This document shows, in pieces, positions 48,568 to 61,300 of a DNA stretch of 64,000 nt. The notes under the pieces were generated by a model. The model was not told the origin of the DNA. It saw nothing but the letters and a program-made list of their open reading frames with translations, and made no database searches. A program made the position numbers and the translations under genes. The DNA is from a bacterium (GTDB taxonomy: Bacteria > UBA8248). The stretch spans positions 32,001 through 96,000 of the forward strand of contig CBDBZY010000018.1 in the NCBI GenBank assembly GCA_965213685.1, given 5' to 3'. Positions within the stretch are counted from its first letter, which is position 1; each line of letters starts with the position of its first letter.

Positions 48568-49363
48568 CTGTTCATGTAAAAGGAAGTAGCAATACTAACG
48601 GTAAGGGCAGGCAAAATCCAGTATAATTGCTAAGTGTAGTAAGCAGATGCGGCACTGCCTGCACTTTATATTCACACTATAATTTTGGGGGGTTATTCCA
48701 ATGTCAGAGTATTGCGTTTACAGCGCAGCATTGTGATTGTCCGCCGTTACTGCATAGCGCTTCGAACGGCACGGTCGTAAAAATAGCGTTCGTACTCGCA
48801 CTCTCCGCGGTCTTCCGCAGATTGGGCGTGGCCTGCTTTGGCCTCTGCCTTCGCAGCTGCGTCTTTGGAAATAGCAGAACGCTTATATATGAGAGCTTTA
48901 CGTCCCTTGGCGTGTTGAAGGAAGTAGCGCAGGCATCAACGCAGTATATAGCGCATGCGGAACGAGGTTGCACGTGACATTTCGCTCATGGGTGGTTATT
49001 GACTTTTTACTCACACCCTGAGGGTCAAGGTTCACAATTAAGACCACCTTGAAGCTGGCAACAGGTGTCAAACAACGTGAAGAAGGACGATCACGCGCTT
49101 CATGAGCGACCAGAATGATTACTGACGCCGAACTCAGAACGACTGAGGGTACGGACAATGGACTGCCTTTATCCGAAACCCTCACAGAGCAAGATTGTAA
49201 GTATAGTATCTATGGATTGCGTGGGAACTTCACCGCTAAACTCCAAGTTGTGACCAAGCCTTCGTTTGGCTCTATCATGCATTGGCGTATGAGAAGCATA
49301 AATATTGGGGAGGCTGACAGAGCGCAAAGCCTTTAAACACTTTGTGGAGGAGCTTATTATTAT

Positions 49364-49856
49364 ATGTAAACTCATTTAAAGAGACAAGGCAAAGTAAACA
49401 ACTACGCCCGAAGACAACTCCTTTTTTTTCTCCAGAGAAAAAATGAGCTGCCTCGGGCGGGATTCGAACCTGCGACGTTCTGCGTGCTAGGCGAACGCTC
49501 TACCAACTGAGCCACCGAGGCAGCTCAGCTGGGCAGGCCGAATCTTTAAAGTTTATGCAAGGCAAAGGGCGTCTCTCCCCTGATGAACAGGCTAACCAAT
49601 CCTAGTATTAAGGAGTGGGCCGGGGTAATTAAACCACCAAAGGCACCCACATCCATACTAAGAAATTACATGTAAACTCATTTAAAGAGACAAGGCAAAG
49701 TAAACAACTACGCCCGAAGACAATTCCTTTTTCTCGAGAGAAAAAATGAGCTGCCTCGGGCGGGATTCGAACCTGCGACGTTATGCGTGCTAGGCGAACG
49801 CTCTACCAACTGAGCCACCGAGGCAGCTCAGCTGGGCAGGCTGAATCTTTAAAGTA
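49364..49856 (-). mobile_element. tRNA-core repeat family S3, head-to-tail array (one full and one partial copy)
   Basis: Monomer 49364-49669 is followed by a near-identical partial copy at 49670-49856. tRNA-like cores are at 49449-49521 and 49752-49824 (AGC anticodon loop). Confidence 0.85.
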
Positions 49857-50035
49857 TCTTTAAAGTATTTATATGTCAACAAGAATCAGGCCTAAAATAC
49901 TGGGGGGATTCTGCCCCCTCCAGAAAAATATTGGGGGGGCTCTCCCCCCCCCCTTGCTACGCCTATGCTATGTGTGTGTGGCAGTTGAAGAGTTACTGTA
50001 AGCCATCAGTGTGTGTTGGAATGTTGTGATACATG

Positions 50036-50225
50036 TCGATCCCTAGCGGGATTCTGACGGCATATACAGAGTGATATTGAGAATTGTGAGGGCTGGCTGT
50101 CACCCAGTGGCCATAGCTCAGGTGGTAGAGCACTGACAGCTAAAGTTAGAGGCCCCGGTTCTATTCCGGGTGGCTGCCGTTATTTCACGGTTCTCTAAAA
50201 ATATTCCCAAGCCTTTCCTCATGTA
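50036..50225 (+). mobile_element. tRNA-core repeat family S1 (5'-truncated)
   Basis: Matches 40516-40705. Confidence 0.8.
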
Positions 50226-51380
50226 ACTGCTTTGCTGTGCAATTTTCAAGCTGCATTTCTCTCACACCAACAAGATAATTTCATCTGCATTTCTCTCTCT
50301 CTAACGAGAAAAGCCTAGTGGATGAACTGGCTTAACTCACAAGCCTCACAGAATTGGTTTTCGACTGAAATAAGATAAAGGTACAGATGACCACACCCAC
50401 TGGGTGGAGTCAAGATGGAGGGCCACCCGCAGTGATAGAGCGTCCATTCAGATGAGTGAGTGGTAGAGCATCCCCCCACTTTCCTCTTCACCTGTCCCCC
50501 TCCCTCCCTCCCTCCCTCCCTCCCTTTCTCTACCATCCTTCCCTCCCCACCTTGGCACCTTCATCCACACAAACTGCGCATTTTGGCCCTTGTGTAGCGG
50601 CGCAGGGGGGAGGTAGACTGCCAAAACGAAGAGCTTCTCAACACGTTTGTAGTAACGGTGGACAGAGGCCTAAATTTGCAGGGTTCATAGAGAGGGTTGC
50701 ACTCTGGGATTCCCCCCCCCCAGCAAAATAAAATCCAAATTTGTGTTACAAACTATCTGGCTTGTTAGTACTTCCGAGTCAAGCGTTTGGTGCAATGTGA
50801 GCTGTGTGCCCCTTGATCTAAGGTACCAAGGGATCTAACACAGACTGCCAGTTGTATATACTGTGGCTTACAGGATTATTCTGAGCTCTAGTTAACTCTA
50901 ATTGTGTATGATTATGATGGCACGAGTACACAGATGGAGTGGACTGATGTGAGTCAGTAAATAGGTTTAAGATTGGTCAATGGAGAGAGTGGATATGTAC
51001 TTCTGGTAGCTGTGGAGGAGTAAGGATATCAGTTTTTGAACTTTGTGTATACGTCGTTTATGAGCGTATTGTGAAGAATGGAGTGATTGTGGTACAAGCC
51101 ATGTAAGTAAGAAGTATCAGCATCCCTGAAGTTCCAGAAAACGTTCACATTGAGATACTCTACAATGAAGCAGAAGCTCATTTTGATCTGAGAGTTCTCA
51201 GAAATGCTCACAATATCCTTGTTCCTCCACAGCTGACAACTGTGTCATATCTCTTAGTATATTAGACAGACCAATGCTCATCTGCACAGCTGACAAGTGT
51301 GTCAGATCAAAAGCGCACAGCTCACATTGCATTAAACTTGGAAGTACTATGCAGCCAGTTAGTTCAAAGCCTTTGTAAGT

Positions 51381-52450
51381 GCGTATGAAGCTATACCAAA
51401 ATTATCATGCTTAGACGTCTACTTTCTTTACCTCGAGATGCTGCATACTTCTTCAGGCAGGACGACCCTAAGACATGATTTTGCCTGATTTATGTTTTAT
51501 TGTATTCTCGTAATGATGCCTGTTAGCGAAGTAACGTAGTTTTGCGTGATATGTCGGTTCATAGAATTATAAAATTTACGCAATATGCATATCGCTAATT
51601 ATAGAAAAAAAAATTGCCAATAACGGCTAACGCTGCAGAGACGAAACTTCGGTGGATGATTACTAAGCATGTTGGCTATCTAAGTTTGCTTTAAAAATCC
51701 GTGCTAAGTCTTTCTTTCTAGACATATAATCGTTTTCTTCGTGCTGCAGAATTTAGAAAAACAGTAGCAAATTCTGCCGTAAAGTAGCAAGTCAAGCCTC
51801 GAGCAACCCATTGCGCATAAACTAGTTCACTCCCCTTTGGCGAGCATCCACCTCTTCACCGGTTGGCGCCACACAGCGCCGCACGTCCAACGGTAGCGGG
51901 AAATATGAATTTTTCCCAGCGAATTTGCAACCGCGCCAAAGAATTGCTGTCGTTTTAGCGTTGGTAAATGTAGGGGGAAAGCGACGGTAGAGTAAATGAC
52001 GAAGAATGCAATCATGACTCGCCCTCCCTTCACACATACTTCTAACACACGATGTGACATGCTGCATGCTTCTAACACATACTTCTAACACACGGATCCT
52101 TTGAGGCTCTTAGCTTTGGCAGTCTAGCTACACAATAGTCTGTTTCCCACGAACATATACGCATGCGCTAGTATACGCACGAACTACACAAAGGATAAAA
52201 ACGCGCATTCTGCATATGAAGCTATACCAAAATTATCATGCTTAGACGTCTACTTTCTTTACCTCGAGATGCTGCATACTTCTTCACACATACTTCTAAC
52301 ACACGATGTGACATGCTGCATGCTTCTAACACATACTTCTAACACACGGATCCTTTGAGAAGAGCTCTTAGTTTTGGCTGTCTAGCTACACAAAGGACAG
52401 AAATGCGCATTCTACATGATGTGAGATGCTGGATACTCTTAACACATACT
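51381..52450. repeat. Tandem duplication of a ~200-250 bp unit
   Basis: TATGAAGCTATACCAAAATTATC... at 51384 and 52216; CACACATACTTCTAACACACG... at 52031 and 52285. Confidence 0.85.
51456..52028. mobile_element. Kolobok-like non-autonomous DNA transposon inserted in a tandem repeat
   Basis: Imperfect TIRs GGCAGGACGA / TCGCCCTCCC and TTCA on both flanks. The paralogous empty site at ~52283 has a single TTCA. Confidence 0.65.
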
Positions 52451-52929
52451 GTGATATGAAGTTCGCGAGGAGAGGGTTAACGCTACACTTGGGGTAAACC
52501 CGCAATTTTTATCTCATGAGCAAGTCTGTACATAACGAGATTCGCATAGCCACGCTGAGCCACTCCTTCCCCGAGACGGCGTGGGTCCGCGAGGCTGCGT
52601 CGAGCAGAGACTCAAAGTCATTGAAGGCTGGTATTGGTGGACCTACTGGGATGGGATGACACGGCCCTTTAAAAAAAACATCATTAACAAAATGTAATAG
52701 TCCCTGGATGCTAAGGCATATATGCATGCGTACATGTATGTGCATGATCAGTGATCACACTATAAGAATATAGTCAGCACTATATGGACTGGACTGGACT
52801 GGATTTTGGGTACCCGTTCGGCTTAATCCTAGTCTCATACCCTGATCTTTTAACTGCTTCTGTTGCATGTCATCTCTCGTTATGGTTATCCACCAGTTTG
52901 AGGACTGTGACCTATAGATCTATATATTT

Positions 52930-53276
52930 TAAAACATTTTCAAAAAATGTATAGGGATGTAGGGATGGCCATGCCAAAAACTACAGAAACTAGGTGTAGG
53001 GATGGCAGTGTGCAGGGAAGACATGCTATACAAAGACTACACAACTAACCCCATCCCTACATCTTTTTTTTATATCTGAAATCATTCTGCGAGTTTTGCT
53101 ACAAGATTACTGGGAAGAGCAATTTTTGAGCCAAAGAAAAAAGATGTAGGGATGGGGTTAGTTGTGTAGTCTTTGTATAGCATGTCTTCCCTGCACACTG
53201 CCATCCCTACACCTAGTTTCTGTAGTTTTTGGCATGGCCATCCCTACATCCCTATACATTTTTTGAAAATGTTTTA
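52930..53276. mobile_element. Foldback element with apparently perfect ~140-bp inverted arms
   Basis: Arms 52930-53069 and 53137-53276 are reverse complements; ~67-nt spacer; repeated TAGGGATG motifs. Confidence 0.85.
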
Positions 53277-54576
53277 TATACTTGTTTGCGTCCCTTTTTT
53301 AGCACAAGGGTACCATTAAAAGGTAGATTGTTCTTGCCACTGAAGCTTCTTTCAGATTCCAGCAAACAAATCAGTGGTCATAAGAGCCATTGCTAAGGCG
53401 GGGTTTGAACACCATCATTTCTGAAGTTGGGGGGCTGAGCCCCTCTAAAATTTCTTGAGCTAGAGTAGCTACATATGTACCTCACTGTATCTAACTGGCC
53501 AACTCATCCCCGCTACATAATAGTATAGTGAAGTAAGACGCAGCTCGAACGCGCCATCAAATATGAAGCAGCCTTTGCTACGTCTCGCGAACCTATAATT
53601 AATAGGCGTGGCTTCGCGAGGCCCGCCCTCACGTGCTTACCGTTTGCGCCACGTGACAGTAACTATTACAAAATGGTTTCCCAAATATGGGAAGTTGTCG
53701 GGGACTTCTAGTTTCTGCCCATTTGGGAACGTACTAAGAGTTTTATTAGCACAGATCGTACTTGGTAGTGATTACAGTGGATCCGTGAAAGAACTACGGT
53801 GATTACTTCAGCCAGTTTTGAGATACGTTAGTCTAAAGAAATCTCTTAAGAAGAAGAAGAATAGGAAGAAAGACAAAACGACCTTTGGAGAGTTTTCTGG
53901 TAGTAAGTCAAGGGATGCATTTTAGCTACTTGGGGGGTATTGTTGGGTAGCGAACCACTGGAATAGAATAGCTAGGGGCCCAGAAAGGCTTAGAACGCGA
54001 GTGTTCGCGAGTTAAGAAGGCTTTCCTATGTACACGCACTATGGGCGTGTCGGCGCCATCCCTACATAGAGAGTCTACCGACTCTCTGATTATTTTATTC
54101 TGTTAAAACGTCAGAAGTTTTGTTGTTTCCAAATGCACGTTCTTGACTTTTTGGTCTGTAAAAATATTCGTGTATATTTCACTTTGTGGTCTAGGTGAAA
54201 TATGGGGTATGTGAGAGGAGTGTATGTTCTGTGGGGGGTGATATGTGTGCTCTCAGGGACTTTGAGTGTGTGTTCTGTCAGTGAGAGTGGGTAATTACTC
54301 TGGGAGAGACATGCGGTGTACTTGTTTGTTATTGTAAAGCAGATTATAATTATCATTATTACTAGACTGGCTTTCATAGAGGTGTGTGTGGGGGAGGAGA
54401 AGTGAAATGCACACATATATGTAGTATGCACCTATTTATTAGGGGTTAACTTACCATACTGAAATGTATTCAAAGGATCTGCATCAGCAGTGGAAAATTT
54501 TCGATTGCCAACAGCAGAGCACGAGGTGCATGCAGTCGTGGCAATAACTCTCTTTTTCCTTACCTTTTACAGTTTG

Positions 54577-55385
54577 TGCTAGAGCAGCTGGGATATTCCC
54601 CATTGCAAAGGTGCACAGTACACACTACTCTGAAGAAAGTTAAGTGCACTTAAGTACACCACATTACCCTTCTCATAGAACGCATACAAAACACATACCC
54701 TCAATTTCTCAAAGATCATACTTTGAAACCAAGAGGATTATGTGCACTAGTACAAATCACTAATCATTAATACTATTCAGCATAATTTTAACACTAATCA
54801 TCCCCATAACTTTATTATAGACATAAATTACGTTGATTATGTACGGCACTTTTCCAGGCAGATTATAAAATGTTCTTGAAACCCACCCGGAAAAAAGATG
54901 CTGTAATCGATCACAAGCAGTACATATAAAGTGTATAGCGCATGCAGACGCGGCGCGCCCCCCGGCCAGGAGGCCATGTAGCCTCGTCCCCAAGCTCTCC
55001 CCACGCGCCCTATGTTGGTGCGTGAGCCAGGGGGGGTCAAAGGTCGCGCGTAACAATCGCTCGAGCAGGGAACGAGGCTAGGACCATGTGCATATGTACA
55101 TATGCGGCTGGATTCGTGATCGTCGCGTCTAGGGAAACAGTTGTCCGAAGACTGAGGGATCGCAGCTGAGCGGATGAAGGAAGATTCTGGACAGTTTCTC
55201 CGTGTGCGAGGGCTACTTTGTGAAACTGGGCCTACTCCCGTGGGATGCGGCGTAGCCTCAGTCAGCTGTCTGTCAACATGAGCACTAGTAAGGGACAGGC
55301 CTGCTGAGATGTGATTGTATGAGGTGTACGTATATAGTGTTGTGTTGTTGCCGAGCATCCAATGCCCTTCTAATGTGACTACTAC
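54577..55385 (+). repeat. Module B, copy 3 (diverged, with a short palindromic MITE at 54978-55080)
   Basis: GACGCGGCGCGCC, GGATCGCAGCTGA, GAGGGCTACTTT and GAGCACTAGTAAGGG are shared with 20367-21026. Confidence 0.8.
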
Positions 55386-55859
55386 TTGTTGAAAGGGACA
55401 CAGTATGTGATCATGTGTATATGTACATGAACATGCCACACAGTGTGCTGTGCTCTCTTGTTCATAAGACTTGCCACATGACATGTCCCACATGTAGTGC
55501 CCACTCTGCTCCCCATGAGGCCTGGTGCTGGCATCCTGCATGACGGCCAGCCCAGCTGGGGGCAGGCCACAGCATGCATGTTGGTAGAGCGTCTGCCTAG
55601 TACGGGCTGGTCTGGCCGGACCGACATGTCTTCTGCCTCTTCTCCTGTCAGGTGCATGCAGAGCCCTTGCCTGTGGGGTGTGTGGAGTGTGCTAACAGCA
55701 TAATATTATGGATCTATGCTATGTATTATGTTATAGTTCAGCCAGCAGGACTTGCATGCATACAGTAGGCGTCAATGAAAAGTTAACAAAAGCTCGGTTC
55801 GGTTTGATTGCAGTGCAATGCTGGTACCGTCAGGGTTCAGTATATATGCTGCATATGGA

Positions 55860-56075
55860 TACTTGCCTTGCCTTGTATTGCCTAATACAACCCACAACCA
55901 CTGAGCTGCCTCAGTATCTTAGTGGATATAGCACTGGTCTAGAGAAACAGTGATGTGGGTTTGAATCCCACCTGGGGCAGCTCACTTTCTGTTTGAAAAG
56001 AAGAGAAAGTGACTGTCTCAGTTGGTGTGCATGTAGTTGTGTTGCCTTGCTTTGTTTGATGAGTCTCTGATGTGT
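55860..56075 (+). mobile_element. tRNA-core repeat, decayed (S2/S3-related)
   Basis: GAGCTGCCTCAG...GGTTTGAATCCCACCTGGGGCAGCTC. Confidence 0.65.
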
Positions 56076-56444
56076 GATCATGTACATGTACAGCTGCACT
56101 TGTATCATGATGTGCATGTACGAAGGATCAGAGATACCACCACAGGGTACAATACCCACACACCCTAGGCTGCCAGGGCACAGCCATAGTGTTTTATACT
56201 AGACTTTATGCTGGGGGGGAACACCGCAGAGTTGTGAAGGCAAAATATTATACAGTATTGCATAACACTTCCTGTGCTCCCCCCCTTGCCCTCACTTCCT
56301 TCTCTTGTGTCCCTACTCTCCTCCTCTCCCACATCCTGCACCTCATCCCACTCCACTAATTCCAGCGTCATTTGCTCTGCTAACGGGAATAGATCAGGTG
56401 CACGTAACACCAACTCCATGTACATGTACATGTACATGTACATG

Positions 56445-56705
56445 GAGTTAGAGTTACTAAGTTAGAGTTAGCCTGTTCATCAGGCTGGATGTACATTGTA
56501 TATGCTTGCCTGGCCTTACCTTACCTATACTACCGTAGATTTGAACCCAGCCGACTGGGCTGCCTCGGTAGCTCAGTTGGCAGAGCACTGGACTAGCAAC
56601 CCGGTGGTCACGGGTTCGAATCCCGTCCGAGGCAGCTTAGTGTTTCTTTCACTGTCTGCCTTCGGACTTTGCTTTACTTCCCTTGTTTAATATGCATATA
56701 CATGT
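56445..56705 (+). mobile_element. tRNA-core repeat family S2
   Basis: Paralog of 10040-10290. Confidence 0.8.
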
Positions 56706-56801
56706 ACGAGATTGATCATGTACAGGGAGCATATGTAATGCACACTGTTGACATAACATGTACATGTACATGTCAGATATTGTTACATATCTTGTACTTA
56801 G

Positions 56802-56915
<114 letters not shown>

Positions 56916-57309
56916 GTGCGTCAGTAGGTACAAAGAGTAAACAAGCACAGGATATCATGTCATGTCATGCAATCATGTAAGTTCATTTCTACTAGTTTGT
57001 GCATCTTTTACTGTACATGTATGGGTGTCCATTTTTAGGAGGCATAACTGCCGTGAGTGTGTATATATCTTCATGTACATTGAATAGCCTGTGTCTAACT
57101 GTACTTTGTTATGTGTGCAGGCATGTGAATGTCAGTCTATCTTTCATAAATACGGTCCAGAAAGGGGGGGTGGATGGGGAATTGCCGAAACAGAAAATAT
57201 GAGGGGGAAAACAAGTTGTGCTTTTGTGTGTAGCAAAAGGGGCAAGTATTGTCAAGGAGGTATATTCCCTCTATCTAGGAATGTATGACATCGTGCACAT
57301 TATGTGTAC

Positions 57310-57685
57310 TATCCTCATTCCCAGGCCTTTCCCGTTTTTATGTGCGCTTGGTACACACGAAACATGAGCATGAGGAAAAATGGGAAAGGCCTGGGACCAT
57401 TAGTCATGTGAGGTAGACGTGAGGTACTGTAGACGCCTAGGGAAAGCGTGTCTGTGATCAGTGCTAATACAAACGTGTTGGTTGGCAGTCCCACGCACTC
57501 TTGCACTGCATTTAATTTACAGGTCCTGGTAAAGCCTAAGAAATGGTAAGAACCCTTCCCCCTAGGCGTCTACCTCACGTGACTAATGGTCCCAGGCCTT
57601 TCCCATTTTTTGAATTTTTCCTTACGCTCGTATTTCGTGTGCACCATACGCATGTAAAAACTTGAAAGGCCTAGGAACAAGGCTA
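57310..57685. mobile_element. Palindromic MITE of the TAGCCTCG...CGAGGCTA family
   Basis: Nested inverted repeats CCCAGGCCTTTCCC / GGGAAAGGCCTGGG; short relatives at ~3177-3229, 6024-6080, 31218-31264 and 54978-55080. Confidence 0.7.
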
Positions 57686-58476
57686 ATGTGTACGAAATTG
57701 ATGAATGTGCACATGCGCATTTGCAATGCTTATGGAGTGTACAGTACATGCATCCTGTGCATTGGGTGACTGTTCAGTATCTAGGCCAGGAGGAGGGGGA
57801 GGAAGAGGAGGGGGTGGAGGGGGAGGAGGAGGAGGAGGATGAATGTGCATGTCGATTGCACAACATGTACAATGTACATGATCACATCCCTGTGAATACA
57901 TCAAAGACAAGGCAAGACAACCCAACTGCACCTGATGCAACACCCTTTCCCCCTTTTTGTACATTACATGTGCATGTGTGTAAGCAGTATCCCAGTGAGT
58001 GCGCCGTTGCTTTTCTCTTACCTTTCTCTCTTCCTTCCTTCTATCCTCCTTTCCCTTTTTTTGTCCCCCCCCCTTTCCCACAGTATCACTGCTTGAAGTG
58101 TGGTCCAGGCCTCTACTGCATGCACCATGCCAATTATTACATGTTTTCATAAACACCTCATTGAACTTTGTGTGGAGCACTTTCTCTCTCTCTCCCCCCT
58201 CCTTTGCATCTCAAGATTGACATCATTATTGTCATTATATAATTTTAGCATCCATTCCATTATAATTTGTCCTTACAGTACTTCATTGTCCATTGCTTCT
58301 TGCAGTTGCTATTGAAAAGGACACTATTTTGTACTTTGTAAAAAGGAAAAGCTATCATGAGCTGCTGTGCTGTGGTTACAATTATTATTAGCTATCGCGC
58401 ATGGGCGTGGTTATACATGGTGAGTGTGTGCGTGTGCGTGCGTGCGTGCGTGCGTGCGTGCATGCATGCGTGTGTA

Positions 58477-58518
<42 letters not shown>

Positions 58519-58523
58519 CGTGC

Positions 58524-58648
<125 letters not shown>

Positions 58649-60489
58649 GGCATAATTACTTACGACCGTGTCTCGGGCTCAATAAGGCAAAAGCTGCTTT
58701 TCGTGTCCGAACATGACTATGGTACGTTTACAGTGATGATGTGCGAAGCATTCAAAACGAATCCAGCCAAACTATAGCTCGCTGGATAGCCAAGGGATGT
58801 CATTGCATATGAAATATACATTCGATTGAATTCCTTGTATTATGTGTTCTTTTGAGGAGTCGTCCGTACTTTAGTCCGTTAATGCATTCTTTTCATTTAT
58901 CGTTACACAATTCAGGCCTAGGAGCTTTGACAAAAGCGATTATTTTTGTACAGAGGCTTGTGACAAAGGACTACAATTTGTGGCTAAAAGTAACTACTTT
59001 AGTAATACACATGCTTTGCAAACACGTCCGACAATAGATGGCGTCCGATCTTCGGTGGTTTACTCTAGCTGTGATGTACGGTACACGTGGCGGCTTCTCA
59101 CGAACGATTGGATTCCCAGCGACGTCAGAATTTCGCTACCTACAGACTGATTTGCCATCTTGAGCCCAGACTATGAGTGTGTATAGCCCACTAGCTACAT
59201 GCGCGCGCATTAACGCACGTGAGCACCTAAACCCCTGAGCTACGGACACCTCGCTAAAACGGACAAAAATCCTAGTCCCAATGGTGTCCGCTTTGGAGGG
59301 GTTCCACTGTAGTACTAATGCCCATAGATTTTTACCCGATATTGGGTGATTAATACGCACCATTGGGGAGAAGTATGTTATAGTACCATTCATGTACTTC
59401 AGGAGATACCCTTGTGAATCTGACATCACTGATGTACTTGGATAAAGCCCACTGTAACCATATGTACCAGACATATAGGCACAATAACTCCTGTGTGACT
59501 TTCTAGGTTTAGTCCTCTAAAATTCCACCATATTGACTACATAGGACAGCCACCCCATTTGGTTCATATCCAGAGTACACATCCTGTTTGAAGTGTGAAA
59601 ATGGGACAGTTTTCATAAAATCAAAACAAACGTGTTTCACTAACTTCAGTCAAAAATTATCACAGAATGTTGTACCATAGTCTCGGGTATTTTGGACCCA
59701 TTAATACTGGAAATAAAGTGGAGAGTATACTTGTTCCATTTTACAATGTTGTTCAAGTTTCCAAATCTTATTGCTTCATTTGATATACTTATGTATACCT
59801 TCCTATTCTGGAAGCAAGGCACTGCAGACTCAGTAAATTTCGTGAGGCAGCAGTTTGTTAGACACTGAAGTGTTTGGCAATGAAGTAACCTCTGCTCTCC
59901 TAATTGTCATCTGCCCGAAGCGAACAATTCTACAATAACATATGGACGTGCTGTTACCCAGTTGTGTGGCAAGGAAACAAGGGTGGTACAGGATATCCCC
60001 TTGACTTTTTACTATACTGCCCTCTTGAGGTATTGTGCCTTCAGATGCATCTTGTACTGCCTAGCTGCCCGTGCATCAACCTGTACTTGTATTGTAGCCT
60101 GTGGAGCCATAAGATGAAAGATATCGCACGTAATTTACCCACGTGTATGGGCGCTTTGTGCGACGCTAGGGCGCTAGGCACAATTATGGGGGGGGGGGGG
60201 GGGGGGGGGACAGCTGTAAACGTCTAGAGTCAAAGCAATGGTGCATGACTACCACGCTTACCAAGCCATTACCATTGTAAGAAAACGTCTTGGAAAGCGC
60301 ACCTTCTGTAAATGGGGTCTGCTACTTTCACGCAATCCGATGTCCCCTATCACGTGCATAGCCAATGACGTAATCCCGAGGACCGTAACAAGCTGACCGC
60401 AATACGCGATGTCGTAGGCGGGAGCGTGTCCTTAGCCTTGCGAGTAGGCGTGGCTCCCAAGAACCAGAGCGTAACGAGTTTTATTCAGC

Positions 60490-61300
60490 TACTTGCAGTG
60501 TCATAGGGGCGTTGGTACGTTCGAGGATGACTCTGTATTGCCAGTGCAACGGAGGTGGAAAGTGCAGAAACTGTATAAACACGCAGCTATCATCAGCTTC
60601 GCAGTCACCGGCCACCACAGCCAGCATAGCTGATGTCTCACTCCCTTCCTCCGTTCAGACACGTTGGTATCAGCCACAAACACTGATGCAGTTGTCGGGA
60701 TCATCGACTCCAGGAATAAAGGATTCTCCACTAGCCCAACCCCAATTTCTGCCCACCATGTTATGCAACCACAATCATCTCTACTCTCTGACCTTCCGCC
60801 TCCATAGGCCTACCCATTGCCCAACCCTTCCTTAGTTTGGGGGGGCCATGACTTGGGTACATTGATGAAGATGATAGATGAGGCCTTGGCCGCCTACTCA
60901 GAGACTGACACTGGTTCCAGGGCCAGACAAACGCTGCCCTCCAGCTCTTTGCTCAGCATGGAAAAGGAACGAACATGTTCGGAAAGTAGAGCAAGGCTCA
61001 TTCACACCTCTTGTGGTGTCCCAGTCTGGAGAAGTGGGCAATGCTGCAAGAGTCAGCTACAAGAAGCTTGCATCAATGTTAGCTGAGAAATAGGACCAGT
61101 CCTACGGCAGCACCTTGGGATGGATGAAAGGCAAGCTATTTCTTGCTCTCCTGAGATCTTCCATACTGTGCATCCGAGGCACTCGGTCTACTGTGGATGA
61201 TGCAGAAACGCAAGCCAATCTACTTGTAGTAGCCAAGTCTGACATCACTTAATTCGTCCTCCATGTTGCTTTGCCATCATATTTTACTTTCTGTATTCCT
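60490..61300 (+). mobile_element. Internally deleted CRE-like (RLE-type) non-LTR retrotransposon remnant
   Basis: N-terminal CQCNGGGKCRNC motif; C-terminal VEQGSFTPLVVSQSG...YKKLASMLAEK*DQSYGSTLGWM...LLRSSILCIRGTRS. Confidence 0.75.

Noticed and set aside
49449-49521. Functional tRNA-Ala(AGC) genes here and at 10145, 49752 and 56561
   Set aside because: Anticodon stems are imperfect, and the cores sit inside multi-copy repeats with shared flanks.
49578-49590. CTGATGA in the S3 leader as a hammerhead core
   Set aside because: There is no stem II or GAAA box downstream.
51381-52450. A1-B1-A2-B2 split direct repeats suggesting a Ngaro/DIRS element
   Set aside because: Better explained as a tandem unit whose first copy is split by a TIR element with a TTCA TSD; no RT or tyrosine recombinase remnants.
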